From the NCBI GenBank assembly GCA_012799975.1, contig JAAZKF010000342.1, positions 1 through 39,956 of the forward strand: DNA of 39,956 bases. The letters are read 5' to 3'. The notes beneath the pieces are model-generated. The model worked only from the letters and a program-made list of their open reading frames with translations, did no database searches and was not told the origin of the DNA. Position numbers and translations under genes: made by a program. This document shows positions 7,962 through 16,172 of the stretch, in pieces (within the stretch, counting starts at the first letter, position 1; every line of letters starts with the position of its first letter). This DNA is from Burkholderiales bacterium. Its GTDB lineage: Bacteria > Vulcanimicrobiota > Xenobia > Xenobiales > Xenobiaceae.

Positions 7962-9086
7962 TCAAGGCATGAGGATCCGTCCCAGGATCGCCGTATAACT
8001 GGCGCCCGTCGCCCGGGGCACGTTGGAAGGCCGGCCATGGGCCGTTTCATGCCCCAACAAGGCAAAGGCCACCGCCTCCCGGGCCTGGGCGGGAACCCCT
8101 GCTTCCTCCATCCGCAAAAGATGGACCCCAGCAGGCATCCGTTGCCGGAGTTCCTGCATCAGCACCGTATTTTCCACCCCTCCCCCCCCGACCAGGATCT
8201 GTGCCGTGCCTCTCAGGAACCGCTGCACGTGCAACATAACCGAGGCCGCAGTGAAGGCCGCGGCGGTGCGCAGGAGGTCCTCCGGGCTGCCCCGTCCCCA
8301 CAGGCGCTCCGCCAAAGGGCGGCCGAATTCCTCCCGTCCGGTGGATTTGGGGGCCGGCCGTGACAGGAAGGGGTGGGCCATGAGCTCGGCCAGCAGATCG
8401 GGCAGGACCCGACCCCGTGCCGCCAGCGCTCCGCCCCGATCACAGGTCTGCCCGCTGGCTCGCCAGGCCAGGGCATCCAACAAAGAATTGCCTGGTCCGG
8501 TGTCGCAGGCCTCCACCTCCCCCTGGGAGGGGATCCAGGTCAGGTTGGCCATCCCCCCCAGGTTCAAGGCCAGGCGATCCACGTGGGGATCGCGGAAGAG
8601 CAGGGCATCGGCGAAGGGGACCAGGGGAGCGCCCTGCCCTCCCGCGGCCATGTCCGCCGGGCGGAAGTCACAGACCGTCAAACAACCGGTCCGGCGCGCG
8701 ATCACGGCCCCTTCCCCGATCTGCAGGGTGCCTCGCACGCGCTCGCCACAATAGTATTCGGCCTCAGGGAGGTGAGCGATGGTCTGGCCGTGCGAGGCGA
8801 CCAGGTCGGCCCCGCCCTCCATGACCGAGAGGGCCGCCCGCGCGAAAAGTTCCCCCAGCAACCAATGCAGGCGCAAGATTTCCCGAGGTGAACCGCGATC
8901 GTCGAAAACCTCCTGAAGTCGGCGGCGGACCTCCTCTGGCAGGGGGTGGGAACGGAATTCCAAGAGGCGTGCCCGAGGGCCCATCTCGACCAGGGCAGCA
9001 TCGATGGCGTCAGCCGAGGTTCCCGACATCAGCCCGACCACCCGAGGGGCTTCCAGAGAGCGATAACGCAGCAGCGGATCAGCCAT
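7962..9086 (-). CDS. anmK: Anhydro-N-acetylmuramic acid kinase
   Basis: The N-terminal GLMSGTSADAIDAALVE motif and overall AnmK-like sequence (NLGGMANLTWIP, GPGNSLLDA) are present. Length is 374 aa. Confidence 0.88.
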   Translation of the reverse strand: MADPLLRYRSLEAPRVVGLMSGTSADAIDAALVEMGPRARLLEFRSHPLPEEVRRRLQEVFDDRGSPREILRLHWLLGELFARAALSVMEGGADLVASHGQTIAHLPEAEYYCGERVRGTLQIGEGAVIARRTGCLTVCDFRPADMAAGGQGAPLVPFADALLFRDPHVDRLALNLGGMANLTWIPSQGEVEACDTGPGNSLLDALAWRASGQTCDRGGALAARGRVLPDLLAELMAHPFLSRPAPKSTGREEFGRPLAERLWGRGSPEDLLRTAAAFTAASVMLHVQRFLRGTAQILVGGGGVENTVLMQELRQRMPAGVHLLRMEEAGVPAQAREAVAFALLGHETAHGRPSNVPRATGASYTAILGRILMP

Positions 9087-9798
9087 GGGCGGGTTTCCTG
9101 CCGAGATGCAAGGTGACGATCCCGCCGTTCAGGGGTACGATACGGATATCCTCAAGACCGGCCTGGTGCATGATATCCGCCACCTCCTCCACCGATATAA
9201 ATTCGGCGATGGACCGGGCCAGATACCGATAGGCTCCTCCCTGCCCCGAGAAGAGCCTCCCGACCAGGGGAACGAGCCAGCGCAGGACCAGCCCATGCAG
9301 GCAGCCCAGAAGGCCCGAGGGGCGGGTCAACTCCAACGAGACCACCCGCCCCTCCGGACGGATGAGCCGGGCCATCTCGCGGAACAGGGCCTCGACATCC
9401 TCCACGTTGCGCAGGGCGAAGGCCACGCTGGCTCCATCGAAGGATTCCCCGGGCAGACCGGTGGCCAGGGCGTCGCCCTCCACGAAGCGGAGTTCCGGAT
9501 GGCGAAGGCGGGCCCGCTCCAGCATCTCGGGCACAAAGTCCACCCCCACCACGTTCTCGGGGCCGACCTGGTGCGCCAATACGGCGGTGAGATCCCCGGT
9601 GCCGCAGCACAGGTCCACCACCCGGGACCCCTGATGCAGGCCCAGATGAGCGGCTGCCCGTCGCCTCCAGGGCTGGTGCAACCCCAAGGAGAGCAGGCTG
9701 TTGAGCAGGTCATAACGGCCCGCGATCCGGGCAAATATCCCCCGGACCAGCGAGGCCTTCCCGCCTGAAGGCGGAATTTCCGGGCGGGGTCGGGTCAC
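9079..9798 (-). CDS. ubiE: Demethylmenaquinone / ubiquinone C-methyltransferase
   Basis: IFARIAGRYDLLNSLLSLGLHQPWRR is the UbiE/MenG signature. VVDLCCGTGDL is SAM motif I. It overlaps anmK by 8 nt and the mqnC/E stop by 4 nt. Confidence 0.9.
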   Translation of the reverse strand: MTRPRPEIPPSGGKASLVRGIFARIAGRYDLLNSLLSLGLHQPWRRRAAAHLGLHQGSRVVDLCCGTGDLTAVLAHQVGPENVVGVDFVPEMLERARLRHPELRFVEGDALATGLPGESFDGASVAFALRNVEDVEALFREMARLIRPEGRVVSLELTRPSGLLGCLHGLVLRWLVPLVGRLFSGQGGAYRYLARSIAEFISVEEVADIMHQAGLEDIRIVPLNGGIVTLHLGRKPAHG

Positions 9799-10874
9799 TC
9801 AAGGACCTCCAGGATCTCGTAGCGGGAATTCCGCACCGCCGGAGTCCGCCCGGCCCCCCGGATGAGGCGGACGAACTCCTCGGAGTGGTAGCGATAGTGG
9901 ACTCCGGTCGCAGCCAGGACCAGCTCCTCCATCAACACGCTTCCCAGATCGTCCGCACCGAAATCCAGGGCCACCTGGGCCAATCGGGCTCCTTCGGTGA
10001 CCCAGCCCGAATGGAGGTGTCGGAAGTTGTCCAGGTAGAGCCGGGCCACGGCCAGGAGGCGCAGATACTCCACGCCTGCCGGAGGCACCGTGGCCGCCAG
10101 GTCGGTCCGCCGCGTAGAGAGACTCCAGTGGATGAAGGAGCGAAAACCGCCGGTCCGGTCCTGGAGGTTGCGCAGCCGTTCCAGGTGCTCAATGCGCTGC
10201 TGCGGGGTCTCGCCGAAGCCGAAGACCATGGTCGCCGTGGACTCTATCCCCAGGCTGTGAGCGAGCTGGTGGATTTCCAGCCAGCGCTCCGCAGGGATCT
10301 TCCGCGGCGAGACCCGACGGCGGATCTCGTCCACCAGCAGCTCGGCTCCCCCTCCGGGAAGCGAATCCAGGCCCGCCTGCTGCAGGCGCAGAAGGGTCTC
10401 AGCCAGGGAGAGCCCGGAGGTGGTGGCGATGTGGTCGACCTCGGAGGCGGCCAGGGAGTGCAGGTAGAGATGGGGATAGCGGGACTTCACGGCCGAGAAG
10501 AGGTGCTCGTAGAAGTCGATCCCCAGATCCGGATTATGCCCTCCCTGCAGGAAAACGGTGGTCCCCCCCACCTTCTCCATCTCGTCGATCTTGCGGAAGA
10601 TCTCATCCAGGGAGCGGACGAAGGACTCGGGATGACCGGGAGGACGATGGAAGGCGCAGAAGCTGCACCCGGTGACGCATATATTGGTGTAGTTGATGAT
10701 CCGGTCGCGAATGAAGGTGACGTATCCTTCCGGGTGCAGGCGGCGGCGGACCCGGTCAGCGGCGGCGCCCAGGCGGAAGAGGTCCGGCTCGCCCAGGAGG
10801 GCCTCCCCCTCCTCCGGAGTCAGGCGACTCCCCTCGGCCACGGCCTGCCAGGCAGCCTCCCTGGACAGACTCAC
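9795..10874 (-). CDS. Radical SAM menaquinone (futalosine-pathway) enzyme, MqnC/MqnE family
   Basis: Start set at GTG 10874, overlapping the mqnA stop (GTGA). The track extension to 11183 is Gly/Pro/Arg junk antisense-like sequence. The radical SAM cluster motif NICVTGCSFCAF (CxxxCxxC) and the C-terminal LAVARLYLDNFRHLHSGW...DFGADDLGS are typical of MqnC/MqnE. I cannot distinguish C from E by eye. Confidence 0.85.
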   Translation of the reverse strand: MSLSREAAWQAVAEGSRLTPEEGEALLGEPDLFRLGAAADRVRRRLHPEGYVTFIRDRIINYTNICVTGCSFCAFHRPPGHPESFVRSLDEIFRKIDEMEKVGGTTVFLQGGHNPDLGIDFYEHLFSAVKSRYPHLYLHSLAASEVDHIATTSGLSLAETLLRLQQAGLDSLPGGGAELLVDEIRRRVSPRKIPAERWLEIHQLAHSLGIESTATMVFGFGETPQQRIEHLERLRNLQDRTGGFRSFIHWSLSTRRTDLAATVPPAGVEYLRLLAVARLYLDNFRHLHSGWVTEGARLAQVALDFGADDLGSVLMEELVLAATGVHYRYHSEEFVRLIRGAGRTPAVRNSRYEILEVLE

Positions 10875-11653
10875 GCCGCCACCTCCCCCAGCAGGTCTTC
10901 GCCTCCGGCAGGCAGCAGCCCCAAGAGCCCGGCCCGGCGATAGAACTCGCGGAGCCCGGCCACGGAAGCGGCATCCAGGCGATGGTGCAGCCCCGCGAAA
11001 TAATCCTCCAGGCGGCGGCAGGACAGGCCCGTGCGCCGGGAAGCCTCCTGCACTACCTGCGAGGGATGGGCCTGCCCCCAGGCCCGGGAACGCTCCAACA
11101 GGTCCTGGCCCGCCGAAGCCAGTTCGGCACGGGTGGTCACCCACAGGGCGAAGACCATCGGCAGCCCCGTGGCCTGGCTCCACAAGACCCCCAAATCCGC
11201 CACATGCCGGGTCCCGGGCACCTCGCCCAGGGCCCGGTCACCGATCAGCAGGACGGCGGGAACCCGGTCGTCCAGAGAGGGTTCTCCGAGGAGTGGAACA
11301 GGCTGGATGCCGGGGAGCAGCACCTGGACCAGGATCCGGGAGGTTGCGCTGGCCGAGGTGATGGCCACCGGCTGGCCGGGCAATTCCTCCAGGGGGATCC
11401 GCGAGAAGAGCCGGACGCTCTGGACGGCCTCCCGAGCTCCCACGCAGAAGCCCGGAATGACCCGGTAGGTTCCCGGCGCAGCCGCCACCTCGGCCGCCGA
11501 GACTACGGTCAAATCCAACTGACCGGCCCGGGCCTGCTGATTCAACCAGGACGGCTCTCCGCGAAGGAGCTCGCCCGGAAAGGGGACAGCCCCACACTCC
11601 AGGCCCAGGGTCACCGGCAGGGCGTTTACCGACTTCAGGAGTCCCACGCGCAT
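10871..11653 (-). CDS. mqnA: Chorismate dehydratase MqnA (VitK2 biosynthesis PBP-like fold)
   Basis: Start set at ATG 11653 (MRVGLLKSVNALPVTLGL...). MqnA-like features are present: the N-terminal xxNxLP motif, LLIGDRAL and FALWV. The track extension to 11971 is unsupported. Confidence 0.8.
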   Translation of the reverse strand: MRVGLLKSVNALPVTLGLECGAVPFPGELLRGEPSWLNQQARAGQLDLTVVSAAEVAAAPGTYRVIPGFCVGAREAVQSVRLFSRIPLEELPGQPVAITSASATSRILVQVLLPGIQPVPLLGEPSLDDRVPAVLLIGDRALGEVPGTRHVADLGVLWSQATGLPMVFALWVTTRAELASAGQDLLERSRAWGQAHPSQVVQEASRRTGLSCRRLEDYFAGLHHRLDAASVAGLREFYRRAGLLGLLPAGGEDLLGEVAA

Positions 11654-12462
11654 CCGCGCACCTCCACGGGCTCTCGAGAGGCCTCGAGCACCCCGGCTCG
11701 AGCCTCGTGCCGGCCCACCGTACAGGAAGGTTTCAAGGCGCTTCCCCAGGCCCTCGCCTCCTCCAGGCCCCAGCCTGCCACCTCGTCGGCTCCACAGGTC
11801 AACAGGAACTGGGCCATCTTCCAGCCGAAGGCGGCCCAGGAAGCGCGGAGGCGCACCGTGGGAGGCAGGAAAAGACGGCTCACGGCCAGCAAACGGGCGT
11901 CCAGGAGCCCATCGGTAGCCTCGGCCCGATGCACCAACTCCCCCGGGGACTCGGGCAACCAGACCAGACATCTCAGGCTCCGCGCCGTGCGCAGCCGCTC
12001 CAGCCGAGCGGCCAGCTCAGCGGGGGTGCTGTTGGGACCGTAGGTGGCGCAGACCACCAGGGGCAAGGGCAGATCCAGTTGCTCAGACCAGGCCCCCTCA
12101 CCGGCGCTGACCGGCCCGCTGTCGACCGACAGGCTCTGGACCCCGGATCGGGCCAGGCTGCGGGTGGCAGCGGCGTCCAGGTCGGGGGGGGCTGCCGCGT
12201 GGACCCACAGGTTGGGATGCATCCCGACCCTTTCGCCAACCAGGGGCTCGGTACAGTCAAGCAGATGGAGCTCTCGGGGCTCCCCTTCCTCCGAGGCGGG
12301 GCGCCAGAGCCGCCTTGAATCCGCCAGCACGACGGCTCCATCCTCCCGATAGCCGGCGTGCTTCGAGAGCCGCTCCCTCCTCAGCCGACTTCCCAGGTCC
12401 AGGAGGGACCCGCACTGCAGGAAGGATTCGAGGTCGCGTAGGGGCGAGGGAAGGACACTCAC
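11635..12462 (-). CDS. MqnC/MqnE-like protein lacking the radical SAM CxxxCxxC motif
   Basis: The product aligns by eye with the neighbouring MqnC/E. LLDLGSRLRRERL matches LFRLGAAADRVRRRL. PLVVCATYGPNSTPAELAARLERLR matches TATMVFGFGETPQQRIEHLERLR. ARLLAVSRLFLPPTVRLRASW...TCGADEVAG matches LRLLAVARLYLDNFRHLHSGW...DFGADDLGS. Where NICVTGCSFCAF should sit it reads GAVVLADSRRLW. GTG start at 12462, with GAGG upstream. Confidence 0.55.
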   Translation of the reverse strand: MSVLPSPLRDLESFLQCGSLLDLGSRLRRERLSKHAGYREDGAVVLADSRRLWRPASEEGEPRELHLLDCTEPLVGERVGMHPNLWVHAAAPPDLDAAATRSLARSGVQSLSVDSGPVSAGEGAWSEQLDLPLPLVVCATYGPNSTPAELAARLERLRTARSLRCLVWLPESPGELVHRAEATDGLLDARLLAVSRLFLPPTVRLRASWAAFGWKMAQFLLTCGADEVAGWGLEEARAWGSALKPSCTVGRHEARAGVLEASREPVEVRGCAWDS

Positions 12463-12517
12463 CGGGCCTCGGTTCCAGTCCCTCCCAGCAAGTCCTGCCG
12501 CCCCCGAGCCCAGGGGA

Positions 12518-13396
12518 TCAGGTCAGGATCTCGAAAAGGCAGGCCACCAGCAAGGACAGGCTGATGGCGGCATTGCAGGTGAAGAAGGCCTGTTGCATCC
12601 GGGAAAGGTCTTCCGGGGAGAGCAGCGAGTGTTCCCACACCAGCAAGACCCCCACCAGGCCCAGCCCCAGGTTCCAGGCTCCTCCCAGGCCCAGGAGGGT
12701 GCCGACCAGAGCCAAGAGGACGAGCGTCAGAACGTGGCAGACCCGGGCTACCCGAAAGGCCCCGCGAGCCCCCAGCCGGACCGGCAACGAGTGCAGACCG
12801 ACGGCCCGGTCATGCTGAAGGTCCTGACAGGCATAAAGGATATCGAAGCCCCCCACCCAGAGCATGATGGCTCCGCCCAGCAGCCAGGCGGGCAACTCAA
12901 AGCGACCGGTAACCGCCAACCAACCCCCGATGGGAGCACAGGCCTGGACCAGCCCCAGCCCCAGATGACAGGCCCAGGTCAGACGCTTGAGGTAGGAGTA
13001 GACCAGCAGGAGGAGGACTGCCAGCGGAGAGAGGGCCAGGCATAGGGGATTGAGGAACCCGGCCGCCACTACCAGGGTCCCCAGGGAGAGTCCGGCCAGA
13101 AGCTGCACCGACCGGACCGAAACCCTCCCCGTCGGAAGATCCCGTTGGCACGTGCGCGGATTGCGGGCGTCGATCTCGCGGTCGATAAGCCGATTGAGGG
13201 CCATGCCGGCCGTGCGCGCGCCCACCATGGCCACGGTGACCCAGAAGGCCACCCGCCCCTCCGGCAAGCTGCCCCTGGCCAGAAGCATACCGACCCATGC
13301 GAAGGGCAGGGCGAAGACGGTCTGCTCCAGGCGGACCAGACTTACGAAGCGTCGCCAGGTCCGGAGCAGGCCGGCGAATATGCCCTCGTTCTTCAC
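12518..13396 (-). CDS. UbiA-family aromatic prenyltransferase (MqnP-like, by operon context)
   Basis: The UbiA motif NRLIDREIDARNPRT (NxxxDxxxD) is present, along with multiple TM helices and a second Asp-rich region (YACQDLQHD). It lies in the operon with mqn genes. Confidence 0.85.
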   Translation of the reverse strand: MKNEGIFAGLLRTWRRFVSLVRLEQTVFALPFAWVGMLLARGSLPEGRVAFWVTVAMVGARTAGMALNRLIDREIDARNPRTCQRDLPTGRVSVRSVQLLAGLSLGTLVVAAGFLNPLCLALSPLAVLLLLVYSYLKRLTWACHLGLGLVQACAPIGGWLAVTGRFELPAWLLGGAIMLWVGGFDILYACQDLQHDRAVGLHSLPVRLGARGAFRVARVCHVLTLVLLALVGTLLGLGGAWNLGLGLVGVLLVWEHSLLSPEDLSRMQQAFFTCNAAISLSLLVACLFEILT

Positions 13397-14244
13397 GCGT
13401 CCAGGACTCTCGACGGTCCCGCGTGTTCCTCGCCAGAGCTCGGCGAATCCCTGACTTCACCGTCAGGGAGCGGAAGCGGGGCTCGGAGACATGTAGCGAA
13501 CCCACCGGCTTGGAGGCCTGCAGGCGAGCGGTTCCAGGGTCCGGCCAGGGTCAGGACCATCCGCAGAAACTCCCACACAGCCGCCAGCGAGAACCCTTGC
13601 CGGAAGCCGGAGGTCCCGGGCCCTTCCACCCAGGGGACCTCCCCCATCCGCACTCCCATCTGCGCCAGGCGGATCAGGAGTTCCACGGTGCCGGCCTCTC
13701 CGGGAAAGGTGACCAGGTTCCGGCCGTGGAGCGCGAAGGCCCGCTCCAACACCGAGAGCCGGAATCCCTGGACTCCGGAGGTATAGTCGAAGACTCCGGG
13801 CAAGGGGCAGAAGAAGCGAAGAAGACCTGTCAGGAAACGGTCCCAGAAGGTCCGAAGGCCCCCTCGAGGCGCTCCGACCCGGAGGGTGCCCACAACCACC
13901 TCCATCCCCGACTCCAATCGGCGCAGAAGCCCTTCCAGAGAAGCCTGATCAAGGCTGGAAGCGGGGGGGAGGGTCAGCACCAGGTCGGTCGTGGGGTTCC
14001 CTCCTTGAAGAGCGCGGCGAAGCCCCGTGGCCAGGGCCAGTCCGCAACCGTGCCGGCGCACGTGTTGGACCAGTCTCAGGCGATCCCGCAGGCCGGAATT
14101 ATTGCAGACCACCTGGGCACTCTCGTCCTTCGAGCCGTCATCGACAACCAACACCCGTAGCGGCAGGTCCAGGGCCTCCAGGCGATGCAGCAGGCAGGAT
14201 AGTTCTTCGGACTGGTCGCGGACAATCAAGACGACGTGGAGCAC
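13393..14244 (-). CDS. Glycosyltransferase family 2-like protein (DPM1-like fold) with an apparently degenerate DxD
   Basis: The N-terminal VLVVDDGSKDES and HGCGLALATG patterns fit GT2. GTG start at 14244, with GAGGT 6 nt upstream. Its stop overlaps the prenyltransferase start (4 nt). Confidence 0.7.
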   Translation of the reverse strand: MLHVVLIVRDQSEELSCLLHRLEALDLPLRVLVVDDGSKDESAQVVCNNSGLRDRLRLVQHVRRHGCGLALATGLRRALQGGNPTTDLVLTLPPASSLDQASLEGLLRRLESGMEVVVGTLRVGAPRGGLRTFWDRFLTGLLRFFCPLPGVFDYTSGVQGFRLSVLERAFALHGRNLVTFPGEAGTVELLIRLAQMGVRMGEVPWVEGPGTSGFRQGFSLAAVWEFLRMVLTLAGPWNRSPAGLQAGGFATCLRAPLPLPDGEVRDSPSSGEEHAGPSRVLDA

Positions 14245-14416
14245 GGTATACCTCGGGGCGGGGCATTCCCTGGTCGAGGGCGGGACCCCTCTCGGATTCG
14301 CGACATCCGCGTGTAGCGACTGGATCCGACCTGGCGGGATATTGCCAGAAGCCAGATTTCACGGGATTTCGAGAGCATGCCGAAGCCCGAATGGAGGAAT
14401 TTTCGCCCCCTTCGGA

Positions 14417-14445
14417 TTGTGAAATATTCTGCCTCCTGATATAAT
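14417..14445 (+). promoter_or_regulatory. Sigma-70-type promoter candidate for the XRE regulator
   Basis: TTGTGA (14417-14422), a 17 nt spacer, then TATAAT (14440-14445), in a locally AT-rich patch. AAGGAGGA at 14463-14470 follows, then ATG at 14482. Confidence 0.55.
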
Positions 14446-14481
14446 TATCGGGTGAGTCGGAAAAGGAGGAACGGCATGTAG

Positions 14482-14931
14482 ATGAGGAATCAAGCCTGGG
14501 CCAACTACGTGAAAGACAAGAGAAAGGCCCGTGGGCTGACGCGCCGCAAGCTGGCTGAGCTGGCGGGCATCGATCCCAGCTACGTGACCTTGATCGAGAG
14601 GGACGGCTACGTTCCCCGCAAGGACAAGGTGCTGGAAATCGCCCGATCGCTCGAAGCCGAGGTGGATCACACCCTCCTGGTCGCAGGCTATGCCCCCGAG
14701 AAGATCCCCGTGAAGGACCTCTTGGATAGGCTGGAAACCTTCAAGGCCGAGAAGGTCCTGGACAAGGAACTGCGGGCGTCCATCCGCGAGCTCTTCGACC
14801 TGACCACTGCTCAGCAGAAGAAGGTCTCGGAAATGCTCACCGCCTACGTCAAGACCCTCAAAGACCAGAAGAAGGCCCGTGCTGCGGCCCGGGTGACCCG
14901 CTCCGGACGAGGGGCAGGCCTCCAGGCCTGA
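14482..14931 (+). CDS. XRE-family helix-turn-helix transcriptional regulator with a helical C-terminal extension
   Basis: RKARGLTRRKLAELAGIDPSYVTLIERDGYVP is a classic Cro/C1 HTH. Strong RBS. Monocistronic, lying between a divergent and a convergent neighbour. Confidence 0.85.
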   Translation: MRNQAWANYVKDKRKARGLTRRKLAELAGIDPSYVTLIERDGYVPRKDKVLEIARSLEAEVDHTLLVAGYAPEKIPVKDLLDRLETFKAEKVLDKELRASIRELFDLTTAQQKKVSEMLTAYVKTLKDQKKARAAARVTRSGRGAGLQA

Positions 14932-14974
14932 CCTCACCCGCTTTTCCAGGAGCTCCCCCCCGCTCCCGCCCCAT

Positions 14975-15008
14975 TCGAGGGCCCTGGGCACAAGCCCCGG
15001 GCCCTCGA
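14975..15008. terminator. GC-rich hairpin between convergent XRE and tal genes (candidate bidirectional terminator)
   Basis: TCGAGGGCCC-t-GGGC-acaa-GCCC-c-GGGCCCTCGA gives 10 + 4 bp of perfect pairing. There is no U-tract on either side. Confidence 0.4.
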
Positions 15009-15013
15009 GGGGA

Positions 15014-16150
15014 TCAGGAACCCGCCAGCAGTTTTTCGCGCTGGACCCGGACAGCTTCGACCAGGTCCTGGTAGGAAACGGCGAACTTCTCGACTCCCTC
15101 CCGGACCAGGGTGTTGTTGGTCATGTCCTCCAGGCTGAAGCCCAAGGAGGCGAAATCCTCCAGGACCTTCCGGGCGTCGGCCAGGTTCTCGGGCGTCAGG
15201 GTCCGGCACACCGTGCCGTGATCCCTAAAGGCCTCGATGGTCTCGTCGGGCATGGTGTTGATGCAGTCCGGCCCGATCAGATCATCGACGTAGATCGTGT
15301 CGCGGTAGGCCGGGTTCTTGGTGCTGGTACTGGCCCACAGAGGCCGCTGCACCGAGGCTCCCTGGGCCTGGAGTCGCTGCCAGCGGGAGGTGGCGACCTT
15401 CTGGAGGAAGAGTTCGTAAGCCGCACGCGCGTTGGCTACGGCGATCCTTCCCCTCAAGGCGTCGCAAGGGGCGGCCAGGGCCGGATTGGCCTTCACCCGA
15501 GCGTCCATGCGCTTCTCGGCCTCGGTATCAACCCGGCTGACGAAGAAGCTGGCCACCGAATGCAGCCCCCGAACCGATTCTCCCTTCTCCAGGCGCTTCT
15601 CCAAACCGGTCATCCAGGCATCGAGGACCTGTTCATAGCGCTGGACCGAGAACAACAAGGTCACGTTCACGTGAATGCCTTGGGAGAGCAGTTCGGTTAT
15701 CACCGGAAGACCTTCGGAGGTCGCCGGGACCTTGAGCATGAGGTTGGGGCGGTCCACCCGGGGTACCAGTTGGGCTGCCTGGGCCAGGCTCCCCGCCGTA
15801 TCGTGGGCCATGGTCGGGTTCAGTTCCAGGCTGACGTAGCCGTCCTGCCCTTCCGAGGACTGGTGAAGTGGCAGGAAGACGTCACAGGCCGAACGCACGT
15901 CCTGGATCATCAACTCCCAGACGATCTCCTCAGCCTGCTTGCCGGATCGGGCCAGTTCCAGGATCTGCTGATCATAGAGCGAGCCTTGCGAAATGGCCTT
16001 CTGGAAGATCGTCGGGTTGGAGGTCTGCCCGCGGATTCCGTCCTCCTTAATCCTCCGCTCCAGCAGACCGGTAGAGAACATGTCTCTTCTCAGGTTATCA
16101 AGCCAGGGGCTGACCCCCTCCGCCTGCAAGCGAACCATGGGGTTGGCCAT
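15014..16150 (-). CDS. tal: Transaldolase (long form)
   Basis: GVSPWLDNLRRD and TSNPTIFQKAI motifs are present. 378 aa. AAGGAG RBS. Confidence 0.92.
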   Translation of the reverse strand: MANPMVRLQAEGVSPWLDNLRRDMFSTGLLERRIKEDGIRGQTSNPTIFQKAISQGSLYDQQILELARSGKQAEEIVWELMIQDVRSACDVFLPLHQSSEGQDGYVSLELNPTMAHDTAGSLAQAAQLVPRVDRPNLMLKVPATSEGLPVITELLSQGIHVNVTLLFSVQRYEQVLDAWMTGLEKRLEKGESVRGLHSVASFFVSRVDTEAEKRMDARVKANPALAAPCDALRGRIAVANARAAYELFLQKVATSRWQRLQAQGASVQRPLWASTSTKNPAYRDTIYVDDLIGPDCINTMPDETIEAFRDHGTVCRTLTPENLADARKVLEDFASLGFSLEDMTNNTLVREGVEKFAVSYQDLVEAVRVQREKLLAGS

Positions 16151-16172
16151 GTGAATCTCCTTTCGCCTTTAT

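Noticed and set aside
10875-11183. N-terminal extensions offered by the ORF track for the mqnC/E gene. The same occurs for mqnA to 11971, the PP2C gene to 20091, gpsA from 619, the GHMP kinase to 6578, the DUF364 gene to 25125 and the methyltransferase from 33495.
   Set aside because: The extensions are low-complexity and overlap the upstream gene extensively. Internal starts have RBS-like sequences or start/stop coupling and restore family-typical lengths.
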